Source of the DNA: Eledone cirrhosa
Taxonomy: Eukaryota
Assembly: GCA_964016885.1 (NCBI GenBank)
Contig: OZ024743.1
Span: 222,208,001 to 222,272,000, forward strand
Direction of reading: 5' to 3'
DNA length: 64,000 bases
Part shown: piece by piece, positions 1 through 15,438 of the stretch
Numbering within the stretch: position 1 is the first letter of the stretch
Layout: every line of letters starts with the position of its first letter
Translations under genes and position numbers: made by a program
The notes under the pieces: generated by a model
The model's input: the letters and a program-made list of their open reading frames with translations, nothing else
Databases searched by the model: none
Told to the model about the DNA's origin: nothing

Positions 1-5
1 TGATT

Positions 6-1178
6 ATGAATAATTTTGAACCTCCAAATTTGTGGAAGAGACACGGAGTTCTTCTTGGAATCTGCGTCGGGAGGACAAATAAGGAAATTTCAGACTTTCT
101 CAGCGTCAGCAGGAGAATGGTGGAAAAGGTCAGAAAGGATTTGGAAGATTCAGGATTCGACTACGAAGCAACATCAGAAAGGAAAACACATGATCGACGA
201 TCTGACGCCTTCAGAACGCTCGAGTTCGTCACTGAAGTTCAGGATATCATCAACAATGAACCTAGCAAGTCGATGCGTGTCATTGCAAGGGAGAAAGGCG
301 TGGATGAAAAGCTCATTAGGCTGGTGGTACATGAAGACATTCGCTACGTTTCATACAAGATCAGGAAAGGACAATTTCTGTCAAAGGCGATGCAAGAAAA
401 GCGACTGAAGCACGCAAAGAAGCTGATCAACAAGTTGAAACACCCACTGGAGCCAGACATGCTGTGGTTTTTCTCCGACGAGAAAAACTTCTACCAAGAC
501 CAGAAGATCAACTCCCAGAACAACAGGTGGCTTGCTGTCTTATCCAAAGACGTGCCCAGAGTCATGCAGACAAAGTTTCCAGCGACAACATTGGTCTTAG
601 ATGTCGTCAGCAGTCAAAGTGACGTCATGCCATCTCACTTCTTCCCTGAGGGCCTCAAGCTGAACACCGATGGCTACATCTGCATTCTGAGTGAGGTAGT
701 AAAGCCCTGGATCGACCAGGTAGCTGCAGGTAAGCTGTATGTGTGGCAGCAAGACTCAGCGCCCTGCCATACCAGCCGAAAGACCCAAGCCTGTCTATCA
801 GAGAACTTCGTCGACCACACTTCACCTGACATCTGGCCTCCCAGCTCGCCTGACTGCAACCCCTCGACTTCTTTGTGTGGGGCGCAGTGGAACGAGACAC
901 CAACAGATCTAGCTGCAATACGAAAGACGATCTGAAGGCCAGGATCACAACTGCCTTTAGGGGCCTAAGTCGGGGGACAGTGACGAAGGCCTGTAGCCGG
1001 TTCCGAGGCCGCCTTGAGGCCGTCATCAAAGCCAATGGTGGGTTTATCGAGTGAGATGATCGAAAGAACAAGTCATGAAGACAAACTGACCCAAGTTTGA
1101 TAAATATATCTTAAAAAATAGAACTACTGTGTTATTTTTTCCTAGACAGTAATCTTGCGAACAAATATCGTCCACACC

Positions 1179-1181
<3 letters not shown>
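6..1181 (+). mobile_element. Tc1/mariner DNA transposon, DD37D (maT-type) transposase with one frameshift; 5' end outside window
   Basis: ORF 6..935 has FSDEK, WQQDSAPCH and WPPSSPDCNP. Restoring one C near 861-864 gives NPLDFFVWGAVE...KANGGFIE* (stop 1052-1054), with 37 residues between the 2nd and 3rd D. Right TIR ends ...TCCACACCCTG (1181) followed by TA. Confidence 0.9.
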
Positions 1182-1913
<732 letters not shown>

Positions 1914-1924
1914 TTAATGTAGAT

Positions 1925-1977
1925 GAGATTCTACAGGACTAGAACTGTTTCATTCTTTAGAAATCATCAGGAATCTC
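1925..1977 (-). ncRNA. Type I hammerhead ribozyme motif
   Basis: Minus strand reads GAGATTC-CTGATGA-tTTCtaaaGAAt-GAAA-CAG-ttctagtc-CTG-TA-GAATCTC: perfect 7-bp stem I, intact core, GUA triplet. Confidence 0.8.
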
Positions 1978-2289
1978 TTACTTACTGTGGTTACCTCCGA
2001 TTCAACCCGGAATAACGTACCTATATATATATATATATATATACATACATATGTATATATATATACATATATAAATATATATATATACGCCATTTTCTTG
2101 TCCCTCTCTATGTTTTTAAACGGTCCATTTACTTAGAATCCAAGCTTTCAATTTTATTTGTTAATTCTGTCAGACCCTCAAAAACAATCTTCTCGTATTT
2201 AAACACTGATTACTGTTATACGTCCGTTTATAGGTTTAGATTTAAAAAAATAACCTTCTAGTTAACTTCCCCATATCCCCCACCACCAC

Positions 2290-3760
2290 CATTATTAGAT
2301 GGTCCAATCATAATTCAGCGGCTTATACGTCTCTCTTACCAATCTCTTACACAAACCCACTGCCTCAGCTATTCACTCCTTAAGTTTAAACCTGGTTGCC
2401 TTTGATATGTTGGATGGACTGTGGGATTCTGGAGAGTATGAAGAATCTGGACACTCAAATGACAATGTCAAAGATAAAGATAAATTCACCTCATGTGGCC
2501 GGACGAAAATGCAAGGATTCCTCTTTATTTCAGACGCAGATGGCAAACATAACTCCATCTCCCTCACCCCTCCCTACACCTCCAACCCATCCCTTCCACC
2601 CATCAAACGAAATCCAAAACTTCAAAGTTGGTACCATGAATGTAGGCACTTTAAAAGGTCGCTCTAACGAGGTTGTAGAGATGCTTGAACGTAAGGAAGT
2701 TGATGCTTGTTGCGTCCAAGAGACTAGGTGGACATAGGAGGAATCAATGGCTGAACTAGAGAAGAAATTCCAAAATTGGAAGCATGGCCTAGAATCAAAA
2801 GGCCTTAAAATTAAACTGTCTAAGACTAAAGTTCTAGTATTTAGGAAGGAAAATAGGGCACTGGTCCCCTCTGGGAAATGGCCATGCTCAGTGTGTAGGA
2901 AAGGAGTAGGCAGAAACTCCATTTTATGTCCCAAATGCAAAGTATGGGTGTGTATAAAAGATGTAGTGGGATCACAGGTAAACTAACTAAGAACATAGAT
3001 CTTATATGTGGCCGGTGCTCAGGTGCAATAAGTAGTAGCAAGTGTCCACAGGATACTAGCTCCTTCCATTGCCCAGATGGTTCTATAGAAATAGTGGACA
3101 CCTTCCGTTACCTGGGTGACAAAATCAGCAGTGGTGAAGGGTGCTCTGAAAGTACAGTCAGAACGGGATGGAAAAAGTTCAGAGAGCTTATACCACTATT
3201 GGCCACTAAAGGTTTCTCCCTAAAAATGAAAGGCAGACTGTATGATGCCTGCATATGAACAGCAATGTTACGTGGCAGTGAGACATGGGCATTGTGTGCA
3301 GAGGATCTGCGCAGGCTGGAGAGGAATGAAGCTTGCATGCTCCGTTGGATGTGTAATAGTAATATATGTGAACGGCAAAGCATAAATGAACTAAGTGAGA
3401 AATTAGGAATAAGAGGTATCAGATGCTGTTTACTTGAGAGAAAACTATGATGGTATGGTCACGTGATGCACATGAAAGACGACAGCTGTATAAAAAAGTG
3501 CAGGGCGATCAAAATAGATGGAAGCTACGGAATAGTCAGACCCAGAAAAACCTGGGACAATTTGATAAATTTCGACCTTACACACTTACGCCTCTCCAAG
3601 ACAATGTCACTGGACCGAGATCTTTGGTGCTACGCAGTAATACAGAAGACCCGCCTTGCCTAAGTACAAAGCAAAACCTACAGTCAGTAGGCACCTCCTA
3701 ACCAAAAATACACCCCCATCCCACTACCCATACCTCTACCCCCATCTACACCACCCCTTT
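2290..3760 (+). mobile_element. RTE-clade LINE, internally deleted and degenerate
   Basis: APE start KVGTMNVGTLKGRS...CCVQETRW is joined directly (~2735) to the RT C-terminal part ELEKKFQNWKHGLESKGLK..KTKVL, a Cys-rich insert (WPCSVCRKGVGRNSILCPKC..KRCSG..ICGRC), FRYLGD, GSETW and RPRKTW. Several stops/frameshifts. Confidence 0.88.
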
Positions 3761-3799
3761 CTCTGTAAAGTTCTGTTGGTGCCACAACATCTAGTCCTA

Positions 3800-4000
3800 A
3801 ATAAATGAGATCGTGTAGGTGTCATGACAAAAAACACACAGTCCACACTGTAATGTGGCTGTGTAGGTAACACGGTAAAAACCTCCCAGTCCACACTGTA
3901 AATGTGGTTGGTGTTAGGAAGGGCATCCAGCCATAGAAAATCTGCTAGACAGTCCCATATGAGCAAGACAACCAATCTTGCCTCATGTGGGACAATTCCC
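3800..4000 (+). mobile_element. SINE/RTE-associated dispersed repeat (related copies at ~63100-63320 and 63362-63615)
   Basis: Shared motif CCACACTGTAAA-TGTGGTTGGTGTTAGGAAGGGCATCCAGC recurs at these loci. Confidence 0.6.
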
Positions 4001-4029
4001 ATCTAAATGTAACCGATCTAGGGACCTAA

Positions 4030-5900
4030 CAAATTGTATAATAGGTAGTATGGATGTTGTGTCCCTATATCCATCCATTGACGTGGATCTTGCTGTGGAG
4101 AAATGATCAGTGAGAGCAATGTTGAATTCCGTGGGATTGATACCAGTGAGCTGGGACTCCTACTTAAACTTACCTATAGTAATGATTATCTAGATACATA
4201 TGACCTTAGCAACCTGTGCCCTACAAGACCAGCAAGAGGCAGACCACCTACCATTACCTCAATGGCCAAGAAAACCCACACAGAAAGATGGAATGGGTGG
4301 ACCAAAACCATACAGACCGCCGAAAACCACGATGAACTAAAGAAAATGATTGCACATGCAGTGGGGCCAGTATAAAATTAACCCTTAAGGAACATATGTT
4401 CAAATTTAATGGAAAAACATATGCCCAAGAGGAGGGAGCAGCCGTTGGTGTTAGCATTGCAGGTGACATAGCTAACCTATTCATGGTATGGTGGGACAAT
4501 AAACTTAAACTTAAACTTAAAGAAGACAGCAACCTCTTAACCCTGATAATGTACTCCCGCTACGTTGATGATATAAACATCGTAGTAAAAACACCCCCAC
4601 TAAAAAACAGTCAGGAATTAGAGAAAAACACCATGGAGAGCATCCAGCAAATAGCTAACTCCATCCACCAGAGTATTAGAGTTACTATAGTCTACCCAAG
4701 CAAACACCCCAACCATCGATTACCTGTACTAGACACAGAGCTCTGGTTAGAAACCATTAATAACAAAAAACAAATCCTTCATTCCCATTATGCCAAACCC
4801 ATGACTTCCAAATATCTGATCCACCGAAACTCAGCTGTTTCATATTACACCAAAATCAACATACTGATTGCGGATTTGGTACGGGTGATGAAAAACGTGT
4901 CCCGCATGAGGCAACCCCAAAGAACTAGAGAGACACATACAACACTTCATCCGCCGTATGCAGTTCTCTGGTTACAATCAGAGAGATACAATCAGAGTAT
5001 ATAGAGGAGCCAGAATCAAATAAGAAAAATTGGCAAATAATGATACAAATGGGACCTTCCCCTTGTATAGGAACAAATTTTGGAATAGAATAGAAAGAAC
5101 TAGGAATAAGGTTAATAGAATAAACTCTTGGTATGATAGCAATAAATACCAGAGTGTAATGTTCATCAATACAGCCCCTAGAGGTGAATTAGCTTACACA
5201 TTTAGAAGGGCCCTAGATAAACATAAACTTAATATTAAGATTGTAGAAAGACCAGGTACCTCTATAAAAACACTTATTAGCAATACATACCCTTTTCATA
5301 GACCTCCCTGTATAGATAAGAAATGCATAATCTGCAAACTAAGCCCCCATATTAACTGTAAAACTAGAAATGTACTATATAGCATAAGATGTACTGAAGG
5401 ACAATGTAAAGATAAGAATATAGTGTACATAGGTGAGACAGCTCGTAGTATAGGAGAACGATTAAATGAACACTGGCGAGAACTTCAAGATAAAAAAGAA
5501 TCATCAATACTCCACCAACATGCTAAAATAGAACATAAAGGCAAAAATTAAATAGAAAACATGAATGGAATAGCAACATCACAACTTACAATTAAGGACA
5601 AAATGAAAACACACACACACATAGAACAAACAACCAACCAGTAACATGTAAATAAACAAATAAATAAACAAATATAAACACACACAGACACCCGGATGTA
5701 ACACATGCACAAACTAAGCATGCAACACATATAAAAACAATATGGCGTAGGACAGAACAAAGGAGAGGCACAAAAACAAAGAAAAGAAATCCCAATCACT
5801 GAAGAGGTCACAGAATGTGTGACGAAAGAACTTTGACAATATATGAACAACCGTCCGGTTATGGAACCAACCAACCAACCAGAAATTTATAAATTCTTAA
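4030..5900 (+). mobile_element. Penelope-like retroelement (RT + C-terminal GIY-YIG), 5'-truncated, frameshifted
   Basis: IIGSMDVVSLYPSID (~4038), FKFNGKTYAQEEGAAVG, YSRYVDD, LPVLD, HYAKPM. Cys-rich linker, then VLYSIRC...YIGETARSIGERLNEH (5030..5551). A 3' UTR with a hammerhead-like motif follows. Confidence 0.9.
5796..5836 (+). ncRNA. Minimal hammerhead ribozyme-like motif in the PLE 3' repeat
   Basis: TCA-CTGAAGA-g-GTCACA-gaatg-TGTGAC-GAAA-GAACT-T-TGA: stem II perfect, stems I and III very short. Confidence 0.55.
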
Positions 5901-6239
5901 ATTTATAAATTTAATTTATAATAAATTGTAATGAAAGCAAGTGGTGCATGTGTTTCTTATTGGCAACATGACCCTCCCAAAGTATAACAATATCGGTTTC
6001 AACACACATTTTCAGATAAAGAATCTTGCTAAACAAATTCAGAAACGAAATATATATATATATATGTGTATATACATAGATATATATGCATATATATGCA
6101 TATATATATATAAATATATATACATACATATATATTTTGAGTATATGTTGGTTGTTTACCGACACATCAGTATGCAGATTGGAGCACTCGACGACGTGCA
6201 CAGGTTGGTTTGGTTACTCCGGAGTAATGTAAAATATTT

Positions 6240-6322
<83 letters not shown>

Positions 6323-6380
6323 TTATATATATATATATACATACATATATAAATATATAGATACATCCATATATATATAC

Positions 6381-6443
<63 letters not shown>

Positions 6444-6444
6444 C

Positions 6445-6514
<70 letters not shown>

Positions 6515-6595
6515 ACTAGAAATAGATTGACATATATATATATAAAATAAAGGTAACCAATTAAAGTTTAACTAGAACTTCAAATATAGATAACT

Positions 6596-7086
6596 TTTAA
6601 AATGATTAATCTCCTTTGTATATAATTCTTTAAATAAAAAATATATTTCACCAATTAATCAGTAAATGACAGTAGTCAAATCCTGGATGGTCACCAAAGG
6701 AGAAGAAATAACTTTCTGCGTTTACAAAGCAAATGCAATGAGTATGGCGTATGTCTCTCACACATGACAACCCTTAATTTAATTTTGGATATATATGGCC
6801 CCTTAATTGTAGAGCTAACTCAGTTGAATGGACTCGGCTACTATTTCTAGCTGTCGATAATCCTATTCACGCCACTGGGATGACGTTGTGCGATGTGTGT
6901 ATTTTTTTAAAAATGCAACACGTGGTTCGAGTCATTCCCAGATTTGCATTTGCTTTGTAAATGCAGATGGTTATTTCTTCTCCTTTGGTGACCATCCAGG
7001 ATTTGACTGCTGTGATTTACTGATTAATTGGTGAAATATATTTTTTATTTAAAGAAATATATACAAAGGAGATTAATCATTTTAAA
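6596..7086. repeat. Inverted repeat, ~145-bp arms (6596-6740 vs ~6943-7086)
   Basis: The arm TTAAAATGATTAATCTCC...CAAAGCAAATGCAA reappears reverse-complemented with a few mismatches. Confidence 0.85.
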
Positions 7087-7225
7087 AGGTTTGTATGCGC
7101 TTGTGGTTGTGATGTTGTGATGAGTTTGTGCTTATGTATAGGTGCAATTGATTTACTTGAGATATTTCTGTGGTTGATCTTGCGTATGTGTGATTCTATG
7201 TTAGCTGCTGTTAGCTCTCTTTCTC

Positions 7226-8903
<1,678 letters not shown>

Positions 8904-9670
8904 GCAATATGCATGCAGACATGCGCGCCATATTAACTGCTCTTACACACTACTGAATCAATAAAGAACAAACACTTAAGTAAATCATATTGGGTGTAGT
9001 GGAGGGGAGGGCACAACAAGAGAAGTGTTGCAAAACAACAGTGTTTGAAAAGTAATAACTATGGCAGAGAATATAATAAAACTTTGCTGATCAAACAAAA
9101 CTGCAATGCTTTCACAGTTTTTACAGATAAATTCAGCAAACAAGTTTCGTTTCTTTATTGATTTTCAATTAAATTGGGAGAAAACAATTTCAGAAAGTAT
9201 TCCTCTATAATAAGATACAAAAAAAAAACATAAACCAGAAAAAATAAGATAAAAAGTGCTTAAAATGGTTGCATTTTGGAAAACATATGGCTTTCATTAG
9301 CAGACAAGAATAAAACACTGTTGTAGTCTAAAATATTTTTAAAAATGTAAACAGAAAAGTTAACTTAAGAAAAATTGGGAAAATATTGAAATGTGTGCAT
9401 CCTAACGCAAATTACCTTAATAATACTCAATTACTATAAATATTAGTTGAGAAAATTAAGCTAAAGTAGCTCTGGTGACAGAAAAAAAAGTGAACAGAGG
9501 TACCCGTGACCAACTGAACCCAGCATCTCCTAATTGACAGGAGAGTGTGTTCACCACTAATCTAAAGAGCCACTAGCCACACATTTCCATCTTTTTTTAG
9601 AAGATTTTAGAAGCCTGTAACCAGAAGTGTAAACAAAACTGTTGACTTAACAAGCATTGGGAAATTTGGA

Positions 9671-9842
9671 AATTTGAAATGTGTGCATCCCAACACAAAT
9701 GCCCTTGCATTGGGATGCACACATGAAAATCTCCTAAAATGACAGAATTTGAGGCATAGTAGTTAATGCACCCATCTAGCATATGAAAGGGATCCACTAT
9801 TATCGTGATCACTTGTGTTAAGATGCACACATTTCAAATTCT
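9671..9842. mobile_element. MITE-like element with ~28-bp TIRs (a related TIR-like copy at ~9386-9408)
   Basis: AATTTGAAATGTGTGCATCCCAACACAA ... TTGTGTTAAGATGCACACATTTCAAATT. Confidence 0.55.
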
Positions 9843-11073
9843 TCTAGATAGGCAGAGGACTATTTCAGCTAGTTTTCCATTCTCTAAAAATATATATAGA
9901 AAAATGTGTATATGTATGTATGTATGTGTTTATGCATGCATGTATGTATGCTTGTGTGAATATGTTTATGTATGCATGTATGTACATATGAATGTACATA
10001 TGTATATATGAATATGTTTATGTATGTATATATGTATGTGTGTATATGATTATCTATTATGTGGTGTGGAAAATGGACGTTAAACAATGATGATGATGTA
10101 CGTATGGATGGATGTGAATGTGGTGCATGGGAGTCCTATTCTGTTTTATTTTTTATCTTGTGTATTCTTTTAAAAATTTTGTGACATTTTTTTTCAAACT
10201 TGGTTTAATCCTGAATAGACTGGAGTTAGTGTTCATTCATGTGTAAACTGTCAAGGTTTTAATGCAGCAAAGTCAGTGATACAGAAGAAACATTGCATTA
10301 ATGTTGGACAAGAAGAGAAGAATTGATAAGGAAGACTTTACATTCATTCTGATAAACATGTGTTTTGTAATATTGAAACAACCTTCTCTCTGTTTTAACA
10401 CTTTCATTATCAACTTGGTTCTATGATATAAAACTGTATATTTTAAAGTGTTTATATTTATCTAGAAACTTACCATCAAACTTTTATGTAAGAACCTTTG
10501 TTAAGCTATGTTCCAAACACCTACTAAATCCCTTCAAATTCTTGATTATTTTCAAGATAATGTGAAAATCATTTGTAATATTTCATTAGATATAGTAATA
10601 TAACTAATTTTCCCATTTTCGGTTTGGTGTTTGAAATGTAACTTAAAGGTTACCACCTAAAATTATGCTGGAAGATTTTTGATAAAAACAATAAGCACTT
10701 TAAAATAAACACTTTTGTATTATAGAACCATGAGTGGTTTCAGGCTGTTTAGTATCATAGAACTATGAGTGGGTTGATAAATGTTTGGTATAATAATAAT
10801 AATGAAATTATTGTTTACAGTGCTCAGGTGCACTACAACTCATCAAAGGTGCATGTATAGTACATAGAATAATAAAGTGTCAGGAAAATGAACAGTGTAT
10901 GAGTCATGATATAATAACAATAACAATAATGAAATATTGTGTACAGTGCCCAGGTGCACCACAACTCATAAAAAAAGTGCATGTACAGTACATAGAGCAA
11001 TGCACAAACATCAGTAAAATGAACAGTGCACGAGTCATGATACACACGTGTGCATGTGTATGGAAGGGGTACA

Positions 11074-13831
11074 TCAGGTGTAGTTTTGGTGTATTTCGGG
11101 AAGCATGAGTGTCTTAAAGGATGCAGTGTCTCGGCAGCTAACAATTGACGCAGGCAGTTTGTTCCATGCTTCAGCAACTCTGAGCGTGAAAAAATGTCTA
11201 CGAAAGTCATGGGAGCTGTGCTGTTTTCTGATCTTGTAGGCATGTCCACGTGTGTTAGACACATGGAGATCAAAGAGGCGCTCAGGGTTGCAATTGGCGA
11301 GATGGTTAAAAACTTTGTGGGTATTCACCAAGTCTATTGCCAGACGTCGGAGCTTCAATGAATCCATGCCCAGGGAAGCAAGGCGTTCAGAGTATGGTAG
11401 GTGTCTGATGGAGGGTATGCGCTTGGTTGCACGTCTCTGAACAGTTTCCAGGAGGTCAATGTTCTGAGCAAGATAGGGGTTCCAGACTGATGATGCGAAT
11501 TCCAAGTGTGGTCGCACCATAGCTGTATACAGTTTTAAATAGATGGCTGGAGAGCGGCTAACAAAGGTCTTGCTGAGTGATGCCAAGACACCCTCGGCCT
11601 TCTTGACAATCTTAGAGACATGCTTTGTCCAACGCAAATCGTTGCTGACAGTAATGCCCAGGTCACGTTCACAAGAGGACTTTTTGATATCAGTGGTGTG
11701 GAGGGAGTATGTGGACGTTGGATTTTTCCTTACAAAATGCATGGTGGTACACTTGTCCACAGCCAGCTTCAGTTGCCAGTCTGTGATCCATTGCTGCATT
11801 GTGTCCAGGTCTGATTGTAAGAAAGAGTTGTAAATTTCAGGATCAGTCATTTTGATTTCAAGGTACAGCTTGATGTCATCTGCATATTTTAGTACCGTGG
11901 CATTCTGTAAGTTGGCATCTATGTCATTAATATATGCTACAAACAAAAGAGCACCAAGAACAGATCCCTGTGGTACACCAGATGACATCTCATATGGTGA
12001 AGAATGCTGACCCAGAACCGTGACTACTTCTTTTCGGCTGAGAAAGAAGGATTTCAACCAGTCGAAAAGATCATCCCTCACACCCATTGCAGAGAGTTTT
12101 GCCATAAGCCTTTTGTGTGGCACAGAATTAAAAGCCTTAGCAAAGTCAAAGTAAACAACATCCACCCATGAGCCGCTGTCAGTGATCCGGGTGATGTCCT
12201 CAAGGAACTCGATAAGCTGATCACAGCAGCTGGAGTTAGGGATAAATCCAAACTGTGAGGGCCGGATGAGGCTGTGAGAGCTCCAGAAGTTCCAAAGTGT
12301 TTCTCTGACACAGGATTCCATCAGTTTGGCCATACAGCTAGTAAGACTGACTGGACGATAGTTGACAGGTGACATGCGGTTGCCCTTTTTGAACAGGGGA
12401 ATGACACTGGCAGTTTTCCACTGCTCCGGAGTAGCACCATTGTTGAGACAGTATTGAAAGAAGAAAGAAAGCTGGCGCAAAAGGAAATACCCGCCACGTT
12501 TGAGAAGTAGGTATGTCACACCATCAAGACCAGGGGAGGCATAGTTGCGCTTATTCTTAAGGTGACGTCGCAACATTGCAGGTGTAAATTCCATAGTTGT
12601 TATGGAATTTGATGTTAGAGATGGTGGAGATGATACATTCTGGTTTTCAACAGTAAAAATACTTGCATAGCACTCAGCAATGAGTTCTGCGCATTCCTTG
12701 GGATCATCAGTGATCTGGCTTGTGTGGGGATTGCGAAGAGGACCAACTGGAGAGTGAGGTCTCTGCTTTGAATGAACATATTTCCAGAACACCTTACTGT
12801 CAGGATTGGTTGCGATGCACTGTTCAAATTCAAGCACTGCCTTCTTTGTCACTTGCTTGAGATGGTTAGAAGATTTATTCCGCTTTTTTCTGTTGACATC
12901 TGATTTATGCAGTTTATATTCCCGTTCAGCGTTCTTTCCTGGCAAGTCAGACCGCTGAAGTTTCCCAGATTGCACTTTTGGGGTGGTTATTTTTCCGCTT
13001 CCGTGGCACTGATGCTGCACACGCTATCCATATTGAGTCCAGGATGCTCTGGAGTATAGAGTTCACATCTCCAGAGTTATACATCTCATGCCAGTTTGGG
13101 CGCTGTAGCTCAGTGCAGTACAAGTTCCAATCCGGCCTCTTCCAATCAAAACAAGCAGATTGGAGATGGCTCTGGTTTTTGTTGCTGCCCTCAAGTGCCA
13201 GATTGGCAATGATCATAGCATGATCAGAGTCGCCTAGAGGTTCCTCAGTAGTACAACTGATAACCACTTCAGGAGTAGTGGTGAAGATCAGGTCCAAAGT
13301 GTTGTCACCTTTTGTTGGAGAGGTGACTACTTGTGACCAGTTTGAGTCCAGCACTAGTTCAAGGAAATCGTTTGCACCTTGTGGCCAACGAAAGGTTTCC
13401 CAATCGATCTCAGGATGATTGAAGTCCCCTGCAATAAACGCATAAGTGGCTGTTTTCTTGGCAGCAACTCTGAGGATATCGCAAAGCTGTGTGTCCTGAT
13501 GGTAGTTTGGGGGGCGATAAACAACACCAAGCAGAAGTGTTGACATGGTCATACGTATGTCACAGAAAAAAACTTCTTCCTGTGATTCGTTCAAATCAAT
13601 GCAAGGAATTACCGAAAAGTGTGAACGAACGTAGACCATCATACCACCACCACGGCGGTTAATGCGGTCCTTGCGGAAAAGGTTGTACCCAGTAATGCTG
13701 AAAACCCCATCACAGAGTAAGGAATGTGCCCATGTTTCCGTGACTGTGATGAAGTCAGGGTCGATACTTCTGACGTAGGATTCGAACAGATGTATCTTGT
13801 TGCATAAACTGCGAGCATTTAAGGACAACAA
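11074..13831 (-). pseudogene. LINE ORF2 (APE endonuclease + reverse transcriptase) split by stop/frameshift
   Basis: Two overlapping ORF-track ORFs with canonical motifs. Confidence 0.92.
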
Positions 13832-13887
13832 TTTGTACCCTGCTCGCAGTTTATGATGGTGTGTAGAGGGTGGCAGGTTGTTCTGGT

Positions 13888-14960
13888 TTAGTTTCCCAGA
13901 GTTGTAGCAGTTTTTACATTGCCAGTTATTGTGGGTAGATCACACTCAGACCAGCTGGTATCTCTCTTCCACGTTTCACCAGCCTTGACAAACCTCCATA
14001 TCTGCCCATCATCATGCAGACTAAAACTTTCATCTTGTGCTGAGTTCCGATTCAAGGAAGCTGCAGCACGTAGCTTTGGACGTACATGGGATGGTAGGCC
14101 TGGGCGTGTTCGGAAGGTAATCCGATTTTCACGCCCAGCTTTAGCAGAGGCCAGATGATATGAGGTTGCATCTGCGGGGTCCGAAAAAGACAGCCTGATG
14201 AGTCTGGGTTTTGGACCAGGTCGACCAAGGCGGAGAGCACCCTTTGGGGGAACACAGCCTAGGTCTTTGGCTGAGCTGGCAGCAAATGCCTGAAGATCAG
14301 CCTTGTCCTCTGGTACCCCGATGGCAATCACTTCATAGGTAGCAGATTCCGCAGTCTTTTCAGCAAGAGGTACAGGGAGATTCTTTAGCAAGGCATTCCG
14401 ATAAGACAGGTTATTGTGGGGTCCTACCCGAATGCTTGCCTCTATTCCTGCAACTTCCCTTCTCAGAGCAGAAATCATTAGTTGCAGTTCCGCAAAATCT
14501 GTACTGGTCGGTTGTTGTTGTTGTTGTTGTTGTTGGTGATGATGATGTTCCTCCACGGGAATGGTAGGGGAAGACACAGTCACCAGTTGTTGGTGTCGAG
14601 ATGTACTGGGAGTGGAAGACATGGGTTGTTGTTGTTTCTGATGTTCTCCCACAGGAATAACAGTAGAAGCCAGTGTCATAGGTTTCTGCCGTTGTTCAGT
14701 AACAATGGTAGAGGAAGACACAGTCATTGGTTTTTGTTGTTGTTGTTGTTGTTGTTTTTCAATAACATTAGTGGAGGCAGGCACACAGGCCAGACACTGA
14801 AAGGACCAGGATGTTAGCTGGACCATCTCCTATATTCCATCCATCATAGCATTATGATGTCTCTTTTTTTGGCCTGGGATCCTCCGGAAGCCTGTGGCGC
14901 ATTGAAGGCAGACAGAGATGCGACAGGTTCCACATTCGACCCAGCCATTGGTAAAATTGG
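13888..14960 (-). pseudogene. LINE ORF1 with N-terminal PHD-like Cys cluster, poly-Q/H repeats and coiled coil; in-frame TAG at 14830-14832
   Basis: Reading upstream in frame gives WVECGTCRISVCLQCA...MDGI*EMVQLTSWSFQCLAC, followed by QQQ/HHHH repeats. Confidence 0.7.
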
Positions 14961-15438
14961 CCGGTATAGTGTCTCACACGAAATAGTGTGGTTTCTTTTC
15001 ACGTGTGTGTATATGCATATGGTATGTATCTGTATATAAATCTGTGTTATATTGTTGTTTATATGTTTTGTGGAGTACTTACTGCGATCCTTAAGGGATG
15101 TAGTGATTTGTTTTGTTTTTTTCCTTTTTCCCCGTCCATGTCCACACGTGGTTTGTTGGCGAAAATCGAGTCAAATTATATATACTTCGTTAAGATAATT
15201 CTATCTTGAAACTGGTACTAATTGTCAGGGAACAGTCAAAGTAGTTGTAATAATGAATATTGTAATCCATCTGACATGTGTTTAAAGGGCAGTTTTGGGT
15301 GAAAATATTATATTTTGTTTGGTCAAGACGTGGTCAAGCGACCTTCCTTGTCGCCATTTTGTCGCTTTTGTATCAAAAGGGTTAATTAAATAATCAACAA
15401 TATAAAATAAAGTGATAGTAAAAATTCAGTTCTGTTAC

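Larger units (their letters stand above)
10790..14970 (-). mobile_element. Near-full-length CR1/L2-group LINE (ORF1 + APE-RT ORF2), inactivated; 3' UTR partly duplicated, (ATT)n-type tail
   Basis: ORF1 13888..14826; APE 12947..13831 (LNARSL, TETW, GDFNHP, LDLIF, SDH); RT 11074..13020 (NYRPVSLTS, DFAKAF, GVPQGSVLG, YADD, ERDLGI, VRPHLEF). TGA plus frameshift near 12935-12950. Confidence 0.93.

Noticed and set aside
5975-6180. Minus-strand hammerhead-like remnants (CTGAAAA..GAAAC; CTGATGT..GTAAAC)
   Set aside because: Core positions are mutated and stems are weak; cannot be supported by eye.
6870-6942. Possible SECIS or tRNA (CTGGGATGAC..GTCATTCCCAG hairpin, GTTCGAGTC)
   Set aside because: No convincing SECIS geometry or cloverleaf, and no linked UGA-readthrough ORF.
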